Positions 43,149 through 57,592 of a stretch of DNA of 64,000 nt are shown here, one piece after another. A program made the position numbers and the translations under genes. This stretch comes from Candidatus Poseidoniaceae archaeon (lineage in GTDB: Archaea; Thermoplasmatota; Poseidoniia; Poseidoniales; Poseidoniaceae), in contig JAYPDK010000001.1 in NCBI GenBank assembly GCA_038125145.1, positions 4,368-68,367 on the forward strand. Direction: 5' to 3'. How positions within the stretch are numbered: position 1 is the stretch's first letter; each line of letters opens with the position of its first letter. Below the pieces are notes generated by a model. That model did not search any database. It saw only the letters and a program-made list of their open reading frames with translations, and was not told the DNA's origin.

Positions 43149-44389
43149 GCCGCGATGGCGGCTTCGACTTCCTCGTCCTCCATCAATCGACGTTGCGATT
43201 TCGCGACCTCAAAGAGGTGGGCGACGAGGCCGTCTTCGGCCTCCATGCCTCGCTGCTCAAGCCAGTGGATGATGTTCGAACGTCCAGCCATGTGACCAAT
43301 CCGAATGCGTTGTTCAAGTCCGAAATCGGCTGCTGGAACACCGCTATAGACACGGTCAGCAAGCCACTGGTCGCCCTTGCGCATGGCTTTGATGACGGCC
43401 GAGGCGTGCACGCCAGTACCCGTCTCGAAGGCATCGTTGCCAAACACGGGGTAGTTCCGAGGCAGCGGCACACCTGTGTAGGCATGCGCCTTCGCCATGT
43501 AGTCGCCAAGCAGGGTCAAGTCGTTGTCAATCGCGCCCATCAACTTGAGGTTGACCAAGGTCTGGTCCAACGGAGCGTTGCCGGAGCGTTCTCCAAGACC
43601 AAGGGCAGTACCGTGGATCACGTCCGCTCCCGCGAAGACGGCGGCCAGGTTGTTGGCCACACCGAGGCCTCGGTCCTGATGACCGTGCCAGTTCACCTCG
43701 ACCTCGGAACGCTTCAACCCAGCATCCTTGATCACGTGCTCGTCGATGAAGCCGAGCAAGTTTCGAACGCCTTCTGGCGTGACGTGACCGCACGTATCGC
43801 AAACGCAGATGCGTCGGACACCCAAGTCCAGAGCGCGCTGGTAGACCGCAACGATGTCCTCAGGTTTCGACCTCGTGGTGTCTTCGGTCACGAACATGAC
43901 GGGGATGTCCTGTTCAACGGCGTAGCCCACCGCACCCTCCATCGTTTGCATCACGCGTTCCATGCTCCAATCCTCCGCGTAGAGACGGATGGGGCTTGTA
44001 CCGAGGAAGGCCGAGGCCTGAATCTCCATGTCGTGCTTCGCTTGAAGGTCGACGAGCGGCTCAATGTCGCTGACAACGGTCCTCACCGCACACCCCGGCC
44101 GGATTGCGTAGTCGTGCTCCTTGATGTGCGTCAGCATCGCATCGATGTGCTCGATGTGGAACGGCCCGGCCCCTGGAAGACCAAGATCCACTTTCTGAAG
44201 TCCAAGCCGCTCCATGTAATCGAGCAATTCTTTCTTTTGATCGATGGTGGGGTTGAGGGCACTTGGACTCTGCAGGCCATCACGCAGGGTCTCGTCGTCG
44301 AACCAAATGCCGTGGGGATGACGAGCAGGGTCCCTGTGAAAGGTTTCACCGGCGACGTTCCAGTCGTGGATAAGGGCCCGCTCTTCCAT
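43136..44389 (-). CDS. 2-isopropylmalate/homocitrate/citramalate synthase family (DRE-TIM aldolase)
   Basis: FDDETLRDGLQSP and HGHQDRGLGVANNLAAVFAGADVIHGTALGLGERSGNAPLD. The start is at the internal Met MEERAL. Confidence 0.7.
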   Translation of the reverse strand: MEERALIHDWNVAGETFHRDPARHPHGIWFDDETLRDGLQSPSALNPTIDQKKELLDYMERLGLQKVDLGLPGAGPFHIEHIDAMLTHIKEHDYAIRPGCAVRTVVSDIEPLVDLQAKHDMEIQASAFLGTSPIRLYAEDWSMERVMQTMEGAVGYAVEQDIPVMFVTEDTTRSKPEDIVAVYQRALDLGVRRICVCDTCGHVTPEGVRNLLGFIDEHVIKDAGLKRSEVEVNWHGHQDRGLGVANNLAAVFAGADVIHGTALGLGERSGNAPLDQTLVNLKLMGAIDNDLTLLGDYMAKAHAYTGVPLPRNYPVFGNDAFETGTGVHASAVIKAMRKGDQWLADRVYSGVPAADFGLEQRIRIGHMAGRSNIIHWLEQRGMEAEDGLVAHLFEVAKSQRRLMEDEEVEAAIAAYAA

Positions 44390-44482
44390 GTGCTCACCGC
44401 CTGCCGACGAACCGCGGCGAGGTATTTTGTCCACCGTGTCGAGACCTAAGAAGCCGTCGCAGGCGCCTGCGGCTTCTGCTCC

Positions 44483-49226
<4,744 letters not shown>

Positions 49227-49383
49227 TCACAGAGGGTTTCCTACCCTTTTCATTCAACGACGGCAGTCCTTAAACCCCCCCCTTTTTGAACGTCAAAAAA
49301 CGCTCACGTCGCCCCAGAACTGAAGATGGATGGAATCAATTTCTGTCCGAGAGCGTTAAAGGCAGGCCCAAGGTCCACGCGCC

Positions 49384-50181
49384 ATGGCCGACCTGAGGGT
49401 GTGCGTGTCCCTCGAGAGCACCACCGTTGACGACATGGTGGACGAAGCCGCCCGTGCCAACCTTTCAGGCGCCGACCTTGTTGAAGTTCGGTTCGATCGC
49501 CTCTGGCTCGAGAAGCCCGCCCCAGACATCGTTGAGGACGAAAACGGCCGCACGCGTGAAGTCATGTCGTTGGAGACCACGTGGGCCATCAACGACCTCG
49601 AATCCGTTGGCATCGATGCTGCGATTGACCGTCTGTTCGAGGGCATCCCCACCGACATCATGTTCACCGTGCGCGCGCCCGACCAAGGCGGGTTTTTCCC
49701 CGGCACCGAAGAGCAACGCCTCGCGATTTTGGACACCGTGGTGGGCCGTGGCGGCATCGCCTGGGTCGACCTCGAGGACGCGATCGACGATGACCGTCGT
49801 GCTTCGCTCGCGGATGCGGCACAGAAGGCAGGAATCAAGATCGTTGTCAGCAACCACAGCTCGAGCACGCCCGCCGCTGCGGAGATTCAGGCATGGGTCG
49901 AGGCAAGCAAGGACAAGGGCGACCTCGTCAAGTTCTGCGGCGTCATTTCCAACCCCTCCGACGCTTTGCAGTTGGTCGAGGCCTCCCTTTCCCTCAAAGA
50001 CGGAAGCGTCCCCTTTGCCATCATGGGCCTCGGTTCTGGCGGAGACTGGACCCGCCTGCACGCGCCCGTGATGGGCCAAAGCATGGTCTACGCGACCATG
50101 CGCACCGAATACGCGCTCAAGGACGAAGGCCGAATCAACGTTCGCGATGTTCGCGATGCGTGGCAGCTCCTCGAGTACTGA
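49384..50181 (+). CDS. aroD: 3-dehydroquinate dehydratase, type I
   Basis: VCVSL...ADLVEVRFD N-terminal motif and catalytic Lys region (KFCGVISN). Confidence 0.75.
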   Translation: MADLRVCVSLESTTVDDMVDEAARANLSGADLVEVRFDRLWLEKPAPDIVEDENGRTREVMSLETTWAINDLESVGIDAAIDRLFEGIPTDIMFTVRAPDQGGFFPGTEEQRLAILDTVVGRGGIAWVDLEDAIDDDRRASLADAAQKAGIKIVVSNHSSSTPAAAEIQAWVEASKDKGDLVKFCGVISNPSDALQLVEASLSLKDGSVPFAIMGLGSGGDWTRLHAPVMGQSMVYATMRTEYALKDEGRINVRDVRDAWQLLEY

Positions 50182-50185
50182 GTCC

Positions 50186-51154
50186 TCATTGGCCGTCGAG
50201 CCCGAGGTTCGCGTACCGGTGCTGCACGACCACAGGAACGGCGATCAATGCCCCAAGGACGGCCATCATCACAAGCGCCACCGTGGCGGAGGGCATGATG
50301 AACGAACGTGGCGTGGCCGCCACGGCGACATCCGCGTACACAATCGCTTCGGGCGCCTCCATGTCCGCCCCATGCCCGTTGTCCCAGGTGTCGATGACGA
50401 GGTGGAAGGAATCCCACGATTCACCCTCAACGAACGAGGTACGAACTTCAGGCCGGTCCAACGACAGGCTGAAACTAACGCCGTCCACGCCTTCGTACGC
50501 GTGGACGTCACGGTAGGTCGTCCAACCGAGCGGATCGTATCGTCGCAACTCAGGAGCACGCTCCGAGAGCAATTCGCCTACGCCGGAGTCCCACCACCAC
50601 CCGCCGCCATGGGCGTTCTGGTAGGAGGTGCGGTACCTGTCAAATTCGGCGTCCGTGAGCAGGTACACATCGGCGTTCACGGGGACGATCTGACCCTCGG
50701 CATCGACCCCCGTCAACGACACACAGAAGGTGGTTCGATGCTCTGCAGAGAGGTTGAGCCTCAGCACGCCAGCGCTGTCGTTGCCCACCCCCATCAGCGT
50801 GGTCAGCGATGTGGTGAGCGGCGAGATTCGGTTGCCCTGCCCCCAGGCTGTCATCCAATCCTCTTCCGGGTGAAGGGACGGGTCAAGCCCCACGCCAGCA
50901 TCCTTCGAATCGCTTGACACAGCGACGTCTTCGTCAAACCACACCTCGTTGTATGGGGAGTAATACCCCGTCATCGCCGGGGTGAGCGCCAGCCTCTCCA
51001 CGGTTGCGTTCCACCGAGGCTCAGCAAGGTCACTCCCGCATGCTTCGACGCCGACCGCCGCGACGCTGCTGGGAACGACGACCATCGCGACCACGAAGGG
51101 AGAGAGCAGCAACCACATGCCGAGGGCCCCACGGATGCGACGCTTCGACCCCAT
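50186..51154 (-). CDS. Hypothetical membrane-anchored extracellular protein
   Basis: N-terminal signal/anchor and C-terminal TM (ATVALVMMAVLGALIAVPVVV). Trp-rich ectodomain. Confidence 0.4.
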   Translation of the reverse strand: MGSKRRIRGALGMWLLLSPFVVAMVVVPSSVAAVGVEACGSDLAEPRWNATVERLALTPAMTGYYSPYNEVWFDEDVAVSSDSKDAGVGLDPSLHPEEDWMTAWGQGNRISPLTTSLTTLMGVGNDSAGVLRLNLSAEHRTTFCVSLTGVDAEGQIVPVNADVYLLTDAEFDRYRTSYQNAHGGGWWWDSGVGELLSERAPELRRYDPLGWTTYRDVHAYEGVDGVSFSLSLDRPEVRTSFVEGESWDSFHLVIDTWDNGHGADMEAPEAIVYADVAVAATPRSFIMPSATVALVMMAVLGALIAVPVVVQHRYANLGLDGQ

Positions 51155-51192
51155 GGGCGTCGATGTGCAGGCGAGGCCTTTGGACATGACCA

Positions 51193-54100
51193 TCAACGTC
51201 GCCTGAGGGGCCGGATGTACCCGCTGGCCTCGTCCCGTCGTTCCTCTTTGCGCAAGATTCGAGGCGCGGGCGGGGCTTTGTGATCGTCGATGCCCATCAT
51301 CCCGTTGACCTCCACGCGCTCCACGTCGGCGTACGCCTCAGCGCCCTTGGTCGCCTCCTCTTCGTCCTCCGTCGGCGTCCTCATGACGAACCAACCGAGG
51401 ATCAAGGCCGTCATGACCAACGCGAGGAACACCGCTGCGTCTGCCCCGAGGGAGCGGAACCAGGCTGCCCAGTCCTCGCGGGAGAAATCAGAGAGGGAGG
51501 GAGGCAGCGTTGCCTCTGGTGCGACCTCAACATCGACATCTCGGCTGTCGCACTGGCCCGTTTTGTCGCACGCCACGATTCGAACCGTGTAGCGGCCGGG
51601 CGATTCCCAGAGGCCGAAGGTGCGGAACGAATCCTCCGACAAGGGATCAACCCAGTCGTTGGTGGGATCGCCGTCGTTGTTCTGGTCGGTGTCAAGGTCA
51701 AAATCCCATTTCACGGTCACGCCGGACATGATCAGGGTGTCACAATCTTCCATCGAGCCGTCGTTCACGTCGTCGTCCCGGCACAGCGAGCCATCTTCGT
51801 CAAATTCTGCCCAGGTGACAATCACGTCGAGGTTCTCCCCAACTCCGGCGATGGCGTCGTCAGGCGTGAGGACGAGGTCGATCGTCGGCGCCGCTTCGAC
51901 ATGAACGGTGAAGCGGGCGCGCGTCACATCGCCGGTCAAGTGGCCGTCACGGACGGTCAGCGTGACCGTGTAGATGCCGGGCTCTGCGTAAGCGTGCCAC
52001 GGTGATGCGTCGTGCACCAAAGCGCTTCCATCGCCGAAGTCCCACACGTAATCCACGAGGCCGTTCCAATCCGGCGAGGACGGCTCAAGGGGAACGAGCC
52101 GCCCCTCGAAGCGGGCATCACCGTCCCTGGTGCCGTCGGAATCGAAGTACAGCAGGGTTCCGGGGATAGCGTACGTGTCACCGTCGTTGCCAAACGTGCG
52201 CCGAAGCACCGTCGTTCCGGCATCGCCGTTGAATGGCGTGGAGACGTCGATGATGCTCCCGTTGAGCCATGCTTCAAGGATGCGAACTTCGATGATGGGC
52301 GCGGGATTGATCACGTCGAAACTGACCGTCCGTGGTGCGCTTTCGGTGCCGTCTGCGTCGACGACGACCAAGGTGACCCGATGGGTTCCGGGCGTTGTGA
52401 AGGAAAACCGAGGCTGAACCACCTCTTGGAACGTGCCGTCTGGGAAGGACCAATTGAAGGTCAGGTCGCTGACATCACCGACCAGCCCGTCCGGGTCGCT
52501 GCTTGAACGGGCATCGAAGATGTAAGGGACATCCGGAAGGATGCTTGTGGAGAGCAGGTCGAGGGAGACCGTCGAGGATGCTTCACGAACGGTGAACGAC
52601 GCTGTCGGCCGTTGGTTCTCGACAATCACGGCGAGGACCGCCGTCGAGGCACCACCGTCGTCGTCCACAACGTCGACCTGCACAGTGTAGTTCCCGGCGC
52701 GTTCCCAAGCCACGGTCGGTTGCGAGGTCCCGGCGGAGACGGTGTTGAAATCGGATTCACGGTCGACCGGGCCCGTCCCGAGATGGACGCCGCCCGGGAA
52801 CGACCAACTCCACGTTGTGATGGTCCCGTCAAGGTCTTCGAACACCAGCGGCATCACGGTGGGGGTTTGCGTGACGGTACGAATGGGGCCAGCCTCAATC
52901 TGGACGGGCAATCGGTTGTTCACGACGACGGTCAGGTTGAGCACCCCGGTGTTCACGCCGTCAAACACCGTGAGCATGAGGTCGAAGGTCTCGTTGGACC
53001 CGTCGATGTCCGTCCAGGCGTGGTCCGCGCTATAGAGCCCCAAGCCGCTGTCTTGCGAGCCGTCACCCCAGTCCCATGTGAACTCGAGAAGGGGGGTGGG
53101 CACGTTGTCGGTGGTCCTTCCAGCAGAGAACAAAATGCGTTGATCCACCATCACGCTGATGCTTGCGCCAAGCACCTGATTGTTGATGGCGAGCACAGGC
53201 GTGGGCTCGGTATCGTCCACCACGGTGATGTTCATCACGTCCGTGGCCGACCATCGCCCTCCAATGTCCCGGACACGCAGGCTAATGTTGTACTCGCCGA
53301 GGAGTTCGTACGCACGGACCGGGGATTTCAGACCGCTCGTTTCGCCGTCCCCGAAGTCCCAAGCGTAGGCCACAGGCGCGTCAAAGTAAGGCAGCGTGTT
53401 GTTTTCCAGGGACAAGCCCCATGCATCGAAGCCGTCGCCGGCGAAGGCGACGTCGTTCCACGACAGCGTCCTGTTGGAGGAGATGTTGCCATCGGCAACA
53501 GGGGCCATGTTTGACAGGTTGACCACGCCGCTCGTGACCGCATCCACACGGCTACCGAGCACGTCACGCATGGTGAGGTCGAAGCTGTACAACCCGTCCA
53601 TGTTTGGCGTGAACCAGACAGAAGAGGTGACGGCCTCCCCACCCCCAGCATCAACCCGCGTGGTGAGGCCGTCCACGACGGCACCCGTACCATCCCGAAC
53701 GTTCACCTCAACGTCGAGGTCCTCGAAGAAGGCGTTGGAGAGCACATCAAAGTCCACCTGTACGGTATCGGCAAGGCCATCGCCGTCACGGTCCGAGGTG
53801 GTGATGTTACCGGTATCGATGGTCGCTGGCGAGGTGATCCGAGCGGCCTCAAGGTCGATGGTCCCGGTTGGATAACTCGGTCCGCAACTGGTGTAATCGC
53901 AGTCTGCGGCACTGCTCGCGAGCCAGACGATCACCCATACCTCGTCGGTGAGGTTCCCGAAGCCGGGCACCAGGCCAGTCGCAACCGAGGACGCGAAATT
54001 CAGGTCCGTCACCGTCAACAGCCCGTCGGAGGCTGCCCTCGTGACCACCACGCCATCAAAATCAGCCCGGTCACCTGTCACACGAAGGGTCAGGGGGGCG

Positions 54101-55392
54101 GGCGAAGCCGCGCCCGGGGTGAGTTTGAACGAACGGATGCCCCAGCCTTCCATGGTGTGCCCCGTGGTGGAGTACGGTTGCGACCAATCGCTGTTGGTGT
54201 CCGCGGGTTGTGCACGGCAGAAGCCCCCGCTCGAACACGCCGGGTTCAAATCGAGGTTTGAATACCCGTAGACGCCTTGGTCGGAATCCAACGTCACCGC
54301 GACAGAAAAGTTCGCGAAGACCTCCTCCATGGTGCGTCCGATCACCCCTGCGTTCCCGTTTGCTGGCGCGGCGGCCAACTTGGAAATCCCTGCACCGCCG
54401 GTGGCGCTGTCCTGCACCAATTGCCTCATCGCAGGGCCACCGCCGAGGTGGTCGACGAGGTACATCATGAGCATGAAACCCGCGCCGTAGTCTGCGTTTC
54501 GCTGATTCCACCAGCGTACGGAGAGTTCGCTGGCTTGTGTCCATCCGTTCACGTGCCCGCGAAGCGTGCTGTCCGCGCCGAAGCAGAGGTAGATGGCCAC
54601 GTCCGCGTTGCCTTCGTCGATGTACAGGTTTTCGTACGGGTCGAGCGCGTTATGGAGCAGGTGTTGGAGTTCGTGCGCGATGATGGAACGGCCCCACGTC
54701 AAGGTGATGTCCGCGTAGTCCACGAAGACCATCTCGCCTTGGGACGCGAGGCTCGGAGCAAAGTAGCCGCCAATGTTGTACTGGCCGTCGATGTCGTACA
54801 CGACGATTTCGACTTGGCAGTTGTTGTCGACGTCCGGCGGTGCGATGCCGCGGCCGTCGCCGTAATCCTTCCCGTAGTACGTGGTCAAGGTGGGATAGAT
54901 CGTCTGGTCCCACGTCGAGGCGAGGTTCTGCAGCACCGTCGAACTCAGCGTCCGACCCGTCTGAACCAGAAATGCGACGCTGGCCGTGGTCTTCGCGACG
55001 GTCACGGAAATGCTTCCTCCCGAGGAAGGGACGTTGAATTGGTCCCCGACCACGTGTTGGGTGCACGCGCGACCGGAGGTGCTTGAGGAGGATTCGACAA
55101 GCCCAGGGCGGCCGGCTTCGACCCATTGTTGGCGCAGGAAGGGGGTCGCCGACACCACAGGTTCGGATTCGTCAATGAGCAGGTACGGTCGGGCAAAGTC
55201 CCCTGTAAATCCATCAAGGGATGCAGCCTCAACCCACTCGTCGGGCAGGCTTTCCGACGGTTGAGATTCTGAAGGCGGCTCGTTCCCTTCCGCGGGTGAA
55301 GCAGCAACGGTCGGCATCACCGTGGTGGAGAGCAGCATGAGCATGGCCAGAGCCAGAGCCTTGTAGGAACGAGTGGAGCAGGATTCAGACAT
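51193..55392 (-). CDS. Large secreted zinc metalloprotease (HExxH, M6/InhA-like) with multiple PKD domains and C-terminal TM anchor
   Basis: Signal peptide. HELQHLLHNAL...EGNAD zincin motif. At least five PKD-like repeats (WDFGDG, WDWGDGS, WSFPGG, NWSFPDGT, WDFGDGS). C-terminal TM, then an acidic cytoplasmic tail. Confidence 0.65.
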   Translation of the reverse strand: MSESCSTRSYKALALAMLMLLSTTVMPTVAASPAEGNEPPSESQPSESLPDEWVEAASLDGFTGDFARPYLLIDESEPVVSATPFLRQQWVEAGRPGLVESSSSTSGRACTQHVVGDQFNVPSSGGSISVTVAKTTASVAFLVQTGRTLSSTVLQNLASTWDQTIYPTLTTYYGKDYGDGRGIAPPDVDNNCQVEIVVYDIDGQYNIGGYFAPSLASQGEMVFVDYADITLTWGRSIIAHELQHLLHNALDPYENLYIDEGNADVAIYLCFGADSTLRGHVNGWTQASELSVRWWNQRNADYGAGFMLMMYLVDHLGGGPAMRQLVQDSATGGAGISKLAAAPANGNAGVIGRTMEEVFANFSVAVTLDSDQGVYGYSNLDLNPACSSGGFCRAQPADTNSDWSQPYSTTGHTMEGWGIRSFKLTPGAASPAPLTLRVTGDRADFDGVVVTRAASDGLLTVTDLNFASSVATGLVPGFGNLTDEVWVIVWLASSAADCDYTSCGPSYPTGTIDLEAARITSPATIDTGNITTSDRDGDGLADTVQVDFDVLSNAFFEDLDVEVNVRDGTGAVVDGLTTRVDAGGGEAVTSSVWFTPNMDGLYSFDLTMRDVLGSRVDAVTSGVVNLSNMAPVADGNISSNRTLSWNDVAFAGDGFDAWGLSLENNTLPYFDAPVAYAWDFGDGETSGLKSPVRAYELLGEYNISLRVRDIGGRWSATDVMNITVVDDTEPTPVLAINNQVLGASISVMVDQRILFSAGRTTDNVPTPLLEFTWDWGDGSQDSGLGLYSADHAWTDIDGSNETFDLMLTVFDGVNTGVLNLTVVVNNRLPVQIEAGPIRTVTQTPTVMPLVFEDLDGTITTWSWSFPGGVHLGTGPVDRESDFNTVSAGTSQPTVAWERAGNYTVQVDVVDDDGGASTAVLAVIVENQRPTASFTVREASSTVSLDLLSTSILPDVPYIFDARSSSDPDGLVGDVSDLTFNWSFPDGTFQEVVQPRFSFTTPGTHRVTLVVVDADGTESAPRTVSFDVINPAPIIEVRILEAWLNGSIIDVSTPFNGDAGTTVLRRTFGNDGDTYAIPGTLLYFDSDGTRDGDARFEGRLVPLEPSSPDWNGLVDYVWDFGDGSALVHDASPWHAYAEPGIYTVTLTVRDGHLTGDVTRARFTVHVEAAPTIDLVLTPDDAIAGVGENLDVIVTWAEFDEDGSLCRDDDVNDGSMEDCDTLIMSGVTVKWDFDLDTDQNNDGDPTNDWVDPLSEDSFRTFGLWESPGRYTVRIVACDKTGQCDSRDVDVEVAPEATLPPSLSDFSREDWAAWFRSLGADAAVFLALVMTALILGWFVMRTPTEDEEEATKGAEAYADVERVEVNGMMGIDDHKAPPAPRILRKEERRDEASGYIRPLRRR

Positions 55393-55480
55393 GTCCACAA
55401 CCACCGAATCGCCACACTGCGACGACATCAAGACCTCCCCGAGTATGGTATTTAAGCGTGGGCAGGCCACGCGTCACGGC

Positions 55481-56662
55481 ATGCTCCGCAGGCTTGTTCC
55501 CGTCCTGCTCTTGCTGATGCTTCCACACGTGGGGGCTACAGTTCCAGACAGGGAGACCTTGTGCACGGCTTGGCCAGACCTCGTGAGCGACGGTGATCGC
55601 ATGAACGAAAGCATTGCTTGGCAGGTCAGCCTTGGCCCGCGGTTGCCGGACAGCGTTGCCTCGAAGGCGTTGCTGGCTTCCGTTGTCGAAAACAACAGTG
55701 GCTGGACGTTTCACCATGACGTTCATCCGTTCTTGAACGGCAGCATGACGAACCTCATCGCTCAGTACACGCCTTCGGGCGTTGCACGAACGGACCATAT
55801 CATCGCCCTCGGCGCCCACTACGACACGCGTGACCGAGCGGAACGAGAGGCGGAGGAAGCGAACCAAACCCAACCGATTCCCGGTGCGAACGACGGGGCA
55901 AGCGGCGTCGCCGTCGTGCTCGAGATGATGCGACTTGTCCCCGCCATGGACCTCCCCCACCCGGTCATGGTGGTGCTCTTCGATGCCGAAGACCAAGGGC
56001 CAATGCCGGGCTTGGAAGGGAGCCGTCGATGGGCGGACAACCTCTCGCAGGAGGAGATCGGAAGCATCGACGCCTTCCTGCTGCTCGACATGGTGGGCGA
56101 CGCGGACCTGAACCTCGCAAGGATCACCTCAAACTCGGATTCGGTTGCGGCCCCGATTCCTTCCCTTGCTGAAGCGGTTGGGCTGGTCGCAGGCACCACT
56201 GCGTGCGACGGCAGCGACGGCGAAGATGTCTACCAACACACAACGTCCACCAACATCATCGATGACCACATCAACACCCAAGCCGTCGGCATCCCTTCGG
56301 CCGTCATCATCGACCACCGGTACGGCGATGGCGCCACGCGCTTGGCCGATGGACACTGGCATACGCTGGGCGACACGCCGGACAAGGTCTCCGCGGAGAG
56401 CCTCGCGCACGTCGCGAGGTTGGTGGAACTCGGGCTTCGAACCGGCGCATGGCAAGCACCCGAGCCGATTGAGGAGGAACACACGACGACCGACATCAAC
56501 GACCTGACCAACGAGGCGGTCGTTGCAGCCCCTTTGCTCGCCCTTGTGGCTGTGTGGACCGCGCTGGGTCTGTTATCAACAGCCTTCGTGGCCTCCATCG
56601 TCGTGCTTCGGCGCCTGAGGGGCTCCACCTCAACGAACGGGGCATGGAGCTGGGACGGCTGA
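55481..56662 (+). CDS. M28 family zinc peptidase (aminopeptidase-like), membrane anchored
   Basis: Signal peptide. HYDT...D, GANDGASGVAVVLEMMR and DAED/LLLDMVG zinc-ligand motifs. C-terminal TM helix. Confidence 0.65.
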   Translation: MLRRLVPVLLLLMLPHVGATVPDRETLCTAWPDLVSDGDRMNESIAWQVSLGPRLPDSVASKALLASVVENNSGWTFHHDVHPFLNGSMTNLIAQYTPSGVARTDHIIALGAHYDTRDRAEREAEEANQTQPIPGANDGASGVAVVLEMMRLVPAMDLPHPVMVVLFDAEDQGPMPGLEGSRRWADNLSQEEIGSIDAFLLLDMVGDADLNLARITSNSDSVAAPIPSLAEAVGLVAGTTACDGSDGEDVYQHTTSTNIIDDHINTQAVGIPSAVIIDHRYGDGATRLADGHWHTLGDTPDKVSAESLAHVARLVELGLRTGAWQAPEPIEEEHTTTDINDLTNEAVVAAPLLALVAVWTALGLLSTAFVASIVVLRRLRGSTSTNGAWSWDG

Positions 56663-56713
56663 AGTCTGGATGGCGCGAAGTGTCATAGACAACGGCGGCA
56701 CGTCGGTCACCAG

Positions 56714-57592
56714 ATGGCTGACCCCCACCGTGAAGCCAAACTCGCAGCGCTCCGGGAGCGCGTGCGCGACCAACTCGACGGCGAGGATGAGATGGTGGTC
56801 TCAGCCTCGGACGTCGAGGCGGCGGTGGTGCTTCATCCGAGCAACAAGCGATTCATGGACCTCGCACAGTGGGACGGGGCGCTTGATGACGGCACCGTTG
56901 CCGGCCTCCGTCGGTTTGCATCGGTCGCCATCTTCCTTGGAAGCGCCCTTGGCATCCTTTCCGGCCTGTTGTTGCTGCAAGGAAACCCGGTGGATCTGCT
57001 GTCCACAGACCTGCTGTCAAGCGAACGGACGGTCGACCTTCGAATGCAGGTGCTTGAAGCCGAATCGGGTGCAGCGCTTGAGGATCTGACCATCGAATGG
57101 GTGGACCTTGAATCGGGGACAGTGCTGCGGTCGACGACCACAGACGGGTACGGGTGGTTTCACCTTGAAGCCGTCTTGACCGAAGCGAGGCTCCTCCGTG
57201 TAAGCGGTGATGGCTACACGACCGCAGAACTTGAACTGGTCCCGCAGTCCGCGGGGATGCCACCCATCACCCTCACGCCAGGGGACGGCGTGGAACGCAT
57301 GGTCCTCGACGGTGGCGAGGACAGGTGGACGCTCGATGATGCGGTTCGTCTCTCGACGACCATCGGCGTCCTGACGATTCTCTCTGGGGCGGTCGGTCTG
57401 ATGGCGGGTGTCGAAGTGCGTCGAGCAGGACGGTACCGACGAACGCAATACCTCGCAGGACTTGCTTTGTTCAGCCGAGGCCTCATCGTCTTCGGACCTG
57501 CCCTCATCCTCGCAGGGATGATTGCGACCTCCTTCGCCAAAAACCAGTTCGCCGACGTACGGGAGGGGCCGGATGTACCTGATTTCCGTTGA
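56714..57592 (+). CDS. Hypothetical membrane protein
   Basis: 292 aa with internal TM helices. No motif recognized. Confidence 0.35.
   Translation: MADPHREAKLAALRERVRDQLDGEDEMVVSASDVEAAVVLHPSNKRFMDLAQWDGALDDGTVAGLRRFASVAIFLGSALGILSGLLLLQGNPVDLLSTDLLSSERTVDLRMQVLEAESGAALEDLTIEWVDLESGTVLRSTTTDGYGWFHLEAVLTEARLLRVSGDGYTTAELELVPQSAGMPPITLTPGDGVERMVLDGGEDRWTLDDAVRLSTTIGVLTILSGAVGLMAGVEVRRAGRYRRTQYLAGLALFSRGLIVFGPALILAGMIATSFAKNQFADVREGPDVPDFR

Noticed and set aside
43058-44449. 463-aa plus-strand ORF
   Set aside because: Antisense to the isopropylmalate/homocitrate synthase family gene, which has definitive DRE-TIM motifs.
54277-55086. 269-aa plus-strand ORF
   Set aside because: Antisense to the PKD metalloprotease gene.
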